From the NCBI GenBank assembly GCA_046498385.1, contig JAWOAU010000024.1, forward strand, positions 99 to 64,098: a stretch of 64,000 nucleotides of DNA, given 5' to 3'. How positions within the stretch are numbered: position 1 is the first letter of the stretch; every line of letters starts with the position of its first letter. This stretch comes from Thermoplasmata archaeon (GTDB lineage: Archaea > Thermoplasmatota > Thermoplasmata > Halarchaeoplasmatales > Halarchaeoplasmataceae). This document shows positions 56,043-64,000 of the stretch, one piece after another. The position numbers were made by a program, and so were the translations under genes. The notes beneath the pieces were generated by a model. That model made no database searches. It worked only from the letters and a program-made list of their open reading frames with translations, and had not been told where the DNA came from.

Positions 56043-56863
56043 GCGGCACAGCAAGAATAGATCAGTCGGACGGGATATTTCTCCTCTGCCCACTTTAAAG
56101 TATCCCTTGCAGGGATAACTATACCGGAGGCCCCCTTTTCCAATGCTTTCTTTTCCAAAGATACCCGTCCTCTCTCCCGCATACAGCCCAAATATATTCT
56201 CGCATCGGTGGTATCCCGGGCGTACTTTAAGACCCTGATAAAATCGTCTTGGGAAACACTTTTTCCGATGTAGGAGGGGATCAGAGAATTCAATATCAAC
56301 AATTTTGTATCGGAAACAATATCCACGGCACGAAATTCACCCTTGATCTTTCCGCCGTTCAACCCTACAGTTACATGCGGAACAACGTTGAGATGTGCAT
56401 CCCTCAATATATTGTAGCTGTTCTCATAATCCTCCAGAGGTATATCGAGGCCGTACACCTCTCTTATGGTTTCCTGAGAACCCACCATGTCCAGAGAGAT
56501 CACCTGAGGAGACGCCTGTTTCAAACCTCCTACCGTCCCCGGATCCACTATACCGGTATGCAGGTTGACCGTCAATGAGGTCTCACGGCGTATTTTTTTT
56601 ATTACCTCCATATGCGAATCCAAAGGTACCCTCCCCTTTTCGTCCGATCCCCCGCTCAATAAGAAACCCGATGCTCCGTCGTGGAACAGTTTCAACGCCA
56701 GCCGATACAACCTGTCCGGGTCGCTAACATCCTTCATGCCCCTGAGATAATGGCCCCTGCAGTGGGCGCAGTTCAGCATACACTTGTGTCCGGTGACCGA
56801 TAGGGCTGGAAACTGCTTACCGGGATAGTAGAACTCCATGTTTACGTATAGGGTTATACCCAT
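56033..56863 (-). CDS. radical SAM domain protein
   Basis: GHKCMLNCAHCRG is a CxxxCxxC radical-SAM cluster motif. 276 aa. Confidence 0.6.
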   Translation of the reverse strand: MGITLYVNMEFYYPGKQFPALSVTGHKCMLNCAHCRGHYLRGMKDVSDPDRLYRLALKLFHDGASGFLLSGGSDEKGRVPLDSHMEVIKKIRRETSLTVNLHTGIVDPGTVGGLKQASPQVISLDMVGSQETIREVYGLDIPLEDYENSYNILRDAHLNVVPHVTVGLNGGKIKGEFRAVDIVSDTKLLILNSLIPSYIGKSVSQDDFIRVLKYARDTTDARIYLGCMRERGRVSLEKKALEKGASGIVIPARDTLKWAEEKYPVRLIYSCCAAYR

Positions 56864-56865
56864 TT

Positions 56866-57897
56866 ATGATTGTCGGAATCAAAAATATATTATACCGACC
56901 CTTTAATCATCGAGATGTAATCAAACTTGGAGGTATCCACTTGGATGTAACAAACGTATCACGGATAAGCAAAAAAATAATCAACGAAGTCGGTCAGACT
57001 ATAGTGGGAAAAAGAAACGTTATGCAAAAAACCCTGATAGGAATACTTGCCAGTGGAAATTTGCTGTTTGAAGATTTTCCAGGACTGGCAAAGACCATGA
57101 TGGCGAACTGTTTTGCAGACGCATTGGGCTGTGACTTTAAACGTATACAGTTCACACCCGACCTTCTGCCGGCGGATATAACCGGTTCGTTTATTTATGA
57201 TCGTAATACCGGGGACTTCAAGATGCGAAAAGGCCCTATATTTACAAATATACTTCTGGCTGATGAGATAAACAGGGCCCCTCCCAAGACCCAAGCGGCC
57301 CTTTTGGAGGCTATGCAAGAGAGGCAGACTACCATCGAAGGCGAGACACACCATATGAAACCTCCCTTCATAGTCCTGGCAACCCAGAATCCCATAGAAT
57401 ATGAAGGCACTTATCCGCTCCCGGAGGCACAGGTAGATCGTTTCCTGATGAGGTTAGAAGTGGGATATCCGTCGGAAACTGAGGAAGTTGATATATTGAG
57501 CAGGAGAAAGGAAAGAAAGACCGACCAGGTCTCCACCAAAAATATCATCGATGCGGAGGATCTCATAGCCATGCAAAATGCTGTTGAAACAGTTCATCTC
57601 GACGACGACATAAAGAAGTACATAGTTCAGATAGTACACCTCACACGGAAACACAGCCAGATTCAGGTGGGGTCCAGTCCCAGAGGCAGCCTTGCCTTGA
57701 TGAAACTATCTATGGCAAATGCAGCAATCCGTGGAAGGGACTTCGTGGTTCCCGACGACGTCAAGTATATCGCCAAAGAAGCCTTGGCCCACCGATTGGT
57801 GCTGAAACCCGGGCCAGCTATCAAAGGAGTAAAAACAAAGGCTATAATCGATGAGATATTGAAAGAGGTGCCCGTACCTAAGGTCGGTAAAAGATAG
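56866..57897 (+). CDS. MoxR-family AAA+ ATPase
   Basis: LLFEDFPGLAKT Walker A context, ILLADEINRAPPKTQAALLEAMQE and ATQNPIEYEGTYPLPEAQVDRF. Confidence 0.8.
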   Translation: MIVGIKNILYRPFNHRDVIKLGGIHLDVTNVSRISKKIINEVGQTIVGKRNVMQKTLIGILASGNLLFEDFPGLAKTMMANCFADALGCDFKRIQFTPDLLPADITGSFIYDRNTGDFKMRKGPIFTNILLADEINRAPPKTQAALLEAMQERQTTIEGETHHMKPPFIVLATQNPIEYEGTYPLPEAQVDRFLMRLEVGYPSETEEVDILSRRKERKTDQVSTKNIIDAEDLIAMQNAVETVHLDDDIKKYIVQIVHLTRKHSQIQVGSSPRGSLALMKLSMANAAIRGRDFVVPDDVKYIAKEALAHRLVLKPGPAIKGVKTKAIIDEILKEVPVPKVGKR

Positions 57898-57898
57898 T

Positions 57899-58198
57899 AT
57901 GGCAGTGAGAAATGAAAGGCTACGGTATATCGGCTTTGAATTGGAAGGCAGAAAGATTCCACGCGATGTGATGATATCTGCCATACGCGCTTCCTTCGAA
58001 TCGGAGGAGTACGAAAAGATCAAACCTTGGTTGACCGTTTTTGACGATAACAAAGGAATCGTCAGATGCAGGCACAAGGGCAAAGAACGTACTAAGGACA
58101 TATTGAATTCCATGAAGCTGAATGGTGAGAGCGTTAGAACCGTGGTTTCCAGCGGCTCTATCAAAAAGGTAAAGGAAAGGTTGTTCAACGATGTATGA
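57899..58198 (+). CDS. rnp2: ribonuclease P protein subunit Pop5 (Rnp2)
   Basis: RYIGFELEG...ISAIRAS...GIVRCRHKGKERT...SGSIKKVKE pattern of archaeal Pop5. 99 aa. Confidence 0.55.
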   Translation: MAVRNERLRYIGFELEGRKIPRDVMISAIRASFESEEYEKIKPWLTVFDDNKGIVRCRHKGKERTKDILNSMKLNGESVRTVVSSGSIKKVKERLFNDV

Positions 58199-59786
58199 TG
58201 TTCTCATCATAGATGGTTACGTTGACGAACCGGCTCTGCTGGGCGTACCCCCCTATATATCACCGGAACCCAGACTCTTAGCCGGTGCGGCGGAAGACCT
58301 GGGTCTGAAGTGGAGATACATAACCATCGATAACGTACGACAGGGGGACATACCGAGTTCAAGCACAGTGCTGGTACACGGGGGAGTTACGGTTCCAGGG
58401 AACTATCTCGGCGGTAGGCCTATGAGCTTGAAAGAAGCTAACCGCCTTTCAGATCTGCCTGGAGATACATATATCGGGGGGCCCATGGCCCGCTACGGCA
58501 TGGTCGAGGGTTTCGACCACGTAGTCGCTAAAGATCTAAGCGCTTATTTTTATGACGGTGTAAAGGGATCGTACAAAGACCGATGGACCACTTTAAAAGA
58601 ACGCGACCGCTGGCTAAAGATGGGAGTTTCCGTTGTAAAAGAACATCCGTGGTTCGACAGACCCTTGATCGCTGAGATGGAAACCTACCGCGGTTGCGTG
58701 CGGTACTTTACCGGCGGCTGCGGTTTTTGCAGCGAACCCGACTACGGTAGGCCGGAGTTCCGAGAGGTCCGGGATATATTGGATGAGATAAGCGGACTCT
58801 ACGGGCAGGGTGTCAGAAATTTTAGACTCGGCGGACAGTCGTGTATACTATGCTACGGTGCGGAGGACATAGGAAAAACGGAAACCCCTGTTCCTTCTCC
58901 CGAAAAAATCGGTGAACTGTTCCAAGGGATCTGGGAAAGATGTCCCGATATACGGGTTCTGCACGTGGATAACGCAAATCCTGCGGTTATCTCACAAAAT
59001 CCCGAGGAGGCTCGGGAGGTTATACGTCTTTTAGTCAAGTATACCACTCCGGGTAACGTACTCGCCCTGGGGATGGAATCCGCCGATCCGGAGGTGATCA
59101 AAAAGAACGATCTGAACGCTTCGCCGCAGCAGGTCAGAACCGCAGTAGAGCTGATCAACGAATTGGGAAAAGAGAGAGGTGGTAACGGAATGCCGTACTT
59201 GCTCCCCGGATTGAATTTTATAGGGGGGCTTCCGGGGGAAACCGGGGATACGTATGAGATGAACTTTAACTTTTTAAGGAACATACTAGATGACGGATTA
59301 CTTTTAAGAAGAATCAACATCCGTCAGGTATTGCTCGACGGCCGTGAGCGCAGGGTGGAAAACATTGAGGGATACAGATCGTTCAAAAAAAAGGTACGGC
59401 ACGATATCGACCGTCCGATGTTGAAAAAGCTCGTTCCCACGGGGACGATCCTGAGAGATGTATATATGGAGGTTCTCAAGGGGAACACCACCTTTGGGAG
59501 GCAAGTAGGTACCTACCCCATACTTATAGGGATAAAATATCCTTTAACCCTTGACCGATCCTACAATGTGATAGTTACGGAACACGGTTACAGAAGTATC
59601 ACCGCCGTGCATCACCCCTTCGTTGTTCAAGAGGCCGGTTTCAAGCAGCTAGAGGCCCTTCCTGGCATCGGAAAAAAGAGGGCCGCAGCTATATTCAGAA
59701 AATGCCCTCAAGATCTTCACGAATTAAAAGAGATCGTTAAGGACGACGATGTGGTGGAGGATCTTGAAGATATAATATCATTCTAG
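58191..59786 (+). CDS. radical SAM-superfamily protein with an N-terminal flavodoxin/B12-like domain and a C-terminal helix-hairpin-helix
   Basis: YRGCVRYFTGGCGFCSEP Cys cluster. C-terminal QLEALPGIGKKRAAAIF HhH. 531 aa. Confidence 0.5.
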   Translation: MYDVLIIDGYVDEPALLGVPPYISPEPRLLAGAAEDLGLKWRYITIDNVRQGDIPSSSTVLVHGGVTVPGNYLGGRPMSLKEANRLSDLPGDTYIGGPMARYGMVEGFDHVVAKDLSAYFYDGVKGSYKDRWTTLKERDRWLKMGVSVVKEHPWFDRPLIAEMETYRGCVRYFTGGCGFCSEPDYGRPEFREVRDILDEISGLYGQGVRNFRLGGQSCILCYGAEDIGKTETPVPSPEKIGELFQGIWERCPDIRVLHVDNANPAVISQNPEEAREVIRLLVKYTTPGNVLALGMESADPEVIKKNDLNASPQQVRTAVELINELGKERGGNGMPYLLPGLNFIGGLPGETGDTYEMNFNFLRNILDDGLLLRRINIRQVLLDGRERRVENIEGYRSFKKKVRHDIDRPMLKKLVPTGTILRDVYMEVLKGNTTFGRQVGTYPILIGIKYPLTLDRSYNVIVTEHGYRSITAVHHPFVVQEAGFKQLEALPGIGKKRAAAIFRKCPQDLHELKEIVKDDDVVEDLEDIISF

Positions 59787-59790
59787 GCCA

Positions 59791-60312
59791 TCACAGGGGT
59801 TCCAGATTTTCCTTGTATCTTTTTGAGAGTGAACGATATTCCTCTTTTATACGTATCCATCTCTCCTTGAACTCCTCGTTGACCTTTCCCTTGGGTTTGG
59901 CCGGTATACCAACGGATATGGACTCCTCGGGAATTTTTGTACCGTTTACCACGACTGCGCCCTCTGCGATCACGGCCCATGGGCCGACTAAGGAATGGTC
60001 CGCCACTACCGAACCCATACCGATCACGGCCCAGTCCTTTATGTTCGCCCCGTGTATAACGGCGGCGTGGCCGATGGTGACCCAATCACCGATCATGGTT
60101 GTTTCGTCCGGTCTGGCATGTATCACACAATTTTCCTGCACATTGCTGTAATCGCCGATAATTATTGAACCATAATCACCTTTTATACATGCACCGGAAC
60201 CGATAAAAGATTCTTTACCGATGGTCACATCTCCTATGATCTCCGATGATGAGCTCACGTAGGCGCTCTCGTGTATCTTAGGTTTCCTTCCTTCAAAAGC
60301 GTATATTCCCAT
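59791..60312 (-). CDS. gamma-class carbonic anhydrase / left-handed beta-helix hexapeptide-repeat protein
   Basis: HESAYVSSSSEIIGDVTIGKESFIGSGACIKGD...NCVIHA... hexapeptide repeats with His ligands. 173 aa. Confidence 0.75.
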   Translation of the reverse strand: MGIYAFEGRKPKIHESAYVSSSSEIIGDVTIGKESFIGSGACIKGDYGSIIIGDYSNVQENCVIHARPDETTMIGDWVTIGHAAVIHGANIKDWAVIGMGSVVADHSLVGPWAVIAEGAVVVNGTKIPEESISVGIPAKPKGKVNEEFKERWIRIKEEYRSLSKRYKENLEPL

Positions 60313-60363
60313 GTTTTAAACACAAGAGAAGGATGTATTTAAGTGTATTTAGGGTGTAGAATG

Positions 60364-62030
60364 GACACTTTTTATTACTTTTGGGAAAGATAGTTAAAGA
60401 TGCTTGTGATACTCGGTATTGGGTGTGCCCGCCCAAATGACTTTTTTCACATGTCATTTTTATACACACGGGCACACCCATCTACCTAAAACTTTTTATG
60501 TCTGGGTACTATGCAGAGATTGTGTATAAAAATGAGTTGTGGAAAAGGAAATATCACGATTAATAAAACGCATGCAAGAAGAATAGAAGACGGACAGATA
60601 GTCAAAGATATTCCGTTGATACGATACAAGGGTGAATTGGTTACTTTGTTCAGTGTAATAAGCCCAGTAGTGTGCCCAAATTGTGGTGCAAGACTATTAA
60701 AAAACAAAGCTCATCATCGATATCTCGTATCGAGCTACGGCATTTTGAAAGTTCCAGTAAGATACTGGAGATGTAGTGCGAAATATTGTAGACAACACTG
60801 TGCTGATGAGATCGCAGGCGTAGATGGAAGTAACAGTTACACCGATTAGTATATGGAGATACAATATCGTACAAGATACGAAGATAAGTGTAGCTTACAT
60901 AACAACCGCAGAGTTGGTGAAATATATACCTACGAAGGAGACTTTCCAGGAAGGGCCGCATGCCCGACTACTCTTTGGAAGTACGAACAAAAACAGGGTG
61001 AAATCTCATTGGAAAAACTGCGGAATACCGAGGTCCCATTCGACGGATACTGGGTTAAAGACGGATGGAGAAAGTTCGTAGAAAAAGAACTAGGTAGGAA
61101 ATTGACAGATAGACAATGGAAAAGAGAACGACATAAGATCATATATGTAGTATCAACGAAAGATTATGTTGTACTGGATTTTGAGATCACCGAGTACCAA
61201 GTCCCCTATTTCTCTATTACACCGATGCTCAAACGAATAAAATCTCGATTCGGTGAGGAAAATATCAAGCGAGTTGTATCTGATGAAGATTTCACAATAG
61301 TAAATGCTGTGAAGGCCATCTTCCCAAAAGCAGCACAGGGTTTCTGTGTATTCCATCAATTGAAAAATCTTGCTAAACAATTCTGGGAACATTTCAAAGT
61401 GGAATTAAACGATATTCCAAAATGGGCTAAACGGTTATATGAGATGGGAAAGAGATTGATAACTTCCGATAATGTAATTGAGGCTACGGTAAAACTAAGG
61501 GAAGTAGATGATTTTGTAAGCGATTCCAAGGCTAGAGGTTCACGTAAAAAGTTTGAATCTGATATACACCGATTCCTTAAAGATAAATTCGAATCAAATG
61601 TAAAATATCTTAAAAAAGGATTTGTTCCAGATACAAATAATGTTATGGAACAACTGTTTTCTTTTTGGGATGATTTGTACTATCAAGTCAGGTCGTTCAA
61701 AACAAGATACGGGCTACGTAACTTCACGGCTAATCTATACTGTATCGGGAACAATCGTAAGTTCAATACCGGAAAGAGAAAGGGATACTCTCCTATCGAA
61801 GCTGCATACCTGAAACCTGGTTGAGAGATATACTCCATAAGGACATCGAATCATAGTTCGGTTTAGCATAAGCTCTATTTCATAGCCTGTATTTACAGCC
61901 AGAATCAATGAGATAGGATCGATTGAGATGGTAAAACGTGTTTAGTGTGATGGAAATATTAACTGCATTCTTCGGAAACCGAATGGTCCTTCGAAAAAAT
62001 TACTGATTCCGAAGAAATTAAAAAGTGTCG
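60364..62030 (+). mobile_element. putative insertion sequence (~1.67 kb) with imperfect terminal inverted repeats (core gacacttttta), single transposase gene
   Basis: gacacttttta at 60364-60374 and its reverse complement at 62020-62030 (~18/24 matches when extended). Encloses the transposase ORF. Compound 11-bp-stem hairpin at 60421-60479 in the 5' UTR. Confidence 0.4.
60511..61824 (+). CDS. transposase (N-terminal Zn-ribbon, MULE/DDE-like core) interrupted by one in-frame TAG at 60847-60849
   Basis: ORFs 60511..60849 and 60853..61824 are in the same frame, separated only by TAG. CPNCG...C..C Zn-ribbon. ...VSDEDFTIVNAVKAIFPKAAQGFCVFHQLKN transposase core. Confidence 0.55.
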
Positions 62031-62078
62031 CTCCTATACAAACAAAATTTATATATAAGTAACAACTACCTATCCCTC

Positions 62079-64000
62079 GTGAAATGGAAATACGTACCGG
62101 TATTGGTGATATGCATTTTATTGATATCGACCATAACACACGGCATGTTTACAGAGGATGCAGCGGGAAGTCTGATAGTGACATCAGATGAAGATTCGGA
62201 TGGCGACGGTTTAACGGATTCAGAGGAGCTGGATATGAAACATACGACTACATATGATTTCACCTTCGATAAGGGATACGACAATGAAGACGGTGGCGGA
62301 GGCTCAACCGGTGGATGTCCCTATGTTTCTCCCTGGAACGGTACGGATTATCAACGGGACAACAACATACTGATTGCATCGGAACATAGGGCTGGGATAG
62401 TGGATGATTATTACATCCTCCAGAACAACATGGTTCCGAAGGATGGTCACTACTCCCTTAAAATAGAGGAGTTCGAGAATACCGCAGACTTTTTCGACAC
62501 GTTCTCCCTTCATACCATAGACCATCGTGAAGGCTACGGCGTGGGTACTACACCCGACGGCGAGTATCTCACCTATCAAGACCCCGTTCCACCGGAATCC
62601 GCATACGACGGTAGTGGCGAGGACGTGCTTGAGTATGTGAGCGACCCCGACACTGAACCGATGTACATGCCGGAAGGTTCGTCGGTGGTCCTCAATTACG
62701 GGGATATAGGCAACGCAAGATGGCCACACCAGAAGCTGGTTGTAAGGAGCCACGGCTTCGAATCTTATACTGGGGAGTACGTTATGAGCTCAACCCCGGG
62801 GTTATATCAGTTAGTAAAGACCTCTCTCTACGTGAGTTTGAGGGCAGATGGTGGTGATTGGACCAACGTAACCGTCTTACACCCGCGTAACCACGCCTCG
62901 GACATTGTGATCCCTCTCAGAGACACATTACAGGAGTTCGTACCCGGCGGTATAGGTGAGGTTGAGGTACAGATAGTGAGTACTCAGAACCACTACCTAG
63001 ACTTCGTAGGAATGGACGACTCGACACCGACACCGGTAAAGGCGCAGGAAGCACCCTTGGAGAGTGCTGTATTGAACGGTGAAACCAATGTGACGGATAT
63101 ATTGAGGGAAGGCAATGAACAAAGGGTATCGATCCTCCCTGGAGAAGAGATATTATTTGCCTTCGAGAGTCCTGGTGAAGTGAGACGGAGTATGGAAAGA
63201 GCGTTCATGGTATATTCCCGGGGATATTATGTCATCTATGATGAATCCAAAGTTGACACCAACTGTATCTTTGCCCATGGCTCCTACGATATCCAAAGTT
63301 CACGTTTAAATAAAGACGGAACCGTAGAAAGCTACAGTATCACTACACAGGGCCCCTACCCGGAAGCGGATTCCCCGCTCTACACCAGCAGCACCAATAA
63401 CAACAATATCCTTTCACACGGCCCTTACCATGTACAGGAATGGAGGATAGACGATCTGGTAATACCTGGTTTTGTTCAGGAGTATGTTTTCCAGGTATCT
63501 CTTAAATCGGAGACAGATGGATATCGTTATGATGATTACAAAATGACCATGCAGACTCCTGGCCAGGGTACGGAATTTATAAAATATTTCTCGGTCAATG
63601 GAAACGGCTATACAGTCATAACCCATACGAGAGAATTCCCAGACATGCACCCCATGGCTAAGTACAATGATGGATGCGATTGGGTACTCAAAGTCGAGAG
63701 TGTTGGAGATCCTATCGGTATTTATATCAATTGGGCGGATATCGAGTTCACCTATTCCCCCAATCCATGGGTGAGTGATACGGATGGCGATGGTTTAGAA
63801 GATGGTGGGGAGGATCAGTATGGTACGGATCCGTTCGATCCAGACACAGACGGTGATGGTTTAACAGACGGTGAAGAGGTAAATACACATGGTACGGATC
63901 CACTGAGAGAGGACACCGACGGTGACGGGCTCAGTGATTACGTGGAAATAAATAATCACGGTACGGATCCCTTGAAGTGGGACACCGATGGAGATGGCTT
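62079..64000 (+). CDS. 3'-partial secreted protein with a signal peptide (GTG start) and C-terminal thrombospondin type-3-like Ca-binding repeats. Not in the supplied ORF track.
   Basis: Frame 3 is open from 61935 to the window end (>640 codons, no stop). [22 protein letters not shown] signal-like N-terminus. Repeated DTDGDGLxDGEE...GTDPL motifs from ~63780. Confidence 0.65.
   Translation, partial: MKWKYVPVLVICILLISTITHGMFTEDAAGSLIVTSDEDSDGDGLTDSEELDMKHTTTYDFTFDKGYDNEDGGGGSTGGCPYVSPWNGTDYQRDNNILIASEHRAGIVDDYYILQNNMVPKDGHYSLKIEEFENTADFFDTFSLHTIDHREGYGVGTTPDGEYLTYQDPVPPESAYDGSGEDVLEYVSDPDTEPMYMPEGSSVVLNYGDIGNARWPHQKLVVRSHGFESYTGEYVMSSTPGLYQLVKTSLYVSLRADGGDWTNVTVLHPRNHASDIVIPLRDTLQEFVPGGIGEVEVQIVSTQNHYLDFVGMDDSTPTPVKAQEAPLESAVLNGETNVTDILREGNEQRVSILPGEEILFAFESPGEVRRSMERAFMVYSRGYYVIYDESKVDTNCIFAHGSYDIQSSRLNKDGTVESYSITTQGPYPEADSPLYTSSTNNNNILSHGPYHVQEWRIDDLVIPGFVQEYVFQVSLKSETDGYRYDDYKMTMQTPGQGTEFIKYFSVNGNGYTVITHTREFPDMHPMAKYNDGCDWVLKVESVGDPIGIYINWADIEFTYSPNPWVSDTDGDGLEDGGEDQYGTDPFDPDTDGDGLTDGEEVNTHGTDPLREDTDGDGLSDYVEINNHGTDPLKWDTDGDG
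63781..64000 (+). repeat. ~63-nt periodic coding repeats (TSP3-like DTDGDG...GTDP units), continuing past the window edge
   Basis: ggtacggatcc / gacggtgatgg / gacaccga recur every ~63 nt. Confidence 0.7.

Noticed and set aside
61950-62078. In-frame ATG 43 codons upstream of the GTG chosen for the TSP3 protein
   Set aside because: Would prepend a non-signal-like segment encoded inside the putative IS right end. The GTG at 62079 gives a canonical signal peptide. Kept as an alternative, not the primary call.
62304-62753. 149-aa minus-strand ORF (also 62066..62284, 62993..63208, 63414..63650)
   Set aside because: All lie antisense to the long uninterrupted plus-strand frame that encodes a signal peptide and TSP3 repeats.
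1-64000. CRISPR arrays and rRNA genes
   Set aside because: No short regularly spaced direct repeats with unique spacers were seen. The only tandem repeats are coding (Ig-like, TSP3, beta-helix). No 16S/23S/5S-like conserved stretches are present.

Overview
This 64 kb window reads as an archaeal chromosomal segment, probably euryarchaeal or Thermoplasmata-like. Supporting that: an L18e-L13-S9-RpoN cluster, the ether-lipid genes GGGPS and DGGGPS, primase PriS, RNase P subunit Pop5, archaeal-type tRNAs including tRNA-His with an encoded G-1, TreT, AOR and a two-subunit class I fumarase. Coding density is high on both strands and mostly housekeeping.

The housekeeping content includes MTA to IMP purine salvage, a trehalose island with OtsA/OtsB plus TreT plus a ROK glucokinase, pyrF, AOR with a ferredoxin, and fumarase. 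Interleaved with this is an unusual set of very large secreted or membrane-anchored proteins:
- a 1024-aa beta-helix protein;
- a 2207-aa chimera of beta-helix repeats and a subtilisin domain;
- an alpha/beta hydrolase;
- a PLD-PKD protein;
- a tandem Ig-like repeat protein;
- a TSP3-repeat protein that runs off the 3' window edge and is absent from the supplied ORF track.
Three of the large proteins share an unrecognised ~160-aa module.

Other notable elements:
- a bacterial-type AddA/AddB-like helicase-nuclease gene pair;
- an orphan hypE;
- a sir2 gene broken by a frameshift;
- a ~1.7 kb IS-like element whose transposase carries an in-frame amber codon;
- four tRNAs (Pro-GGG, Ser-CGA, Gln-UUG, His-GUG). 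The His gene appears to carry a ~34-nt intron at a non-canonical position. The Gln gene has a duplicated copy of its 5' end about 50 bp upstream.

No rRNA or CRISPR array was seen.
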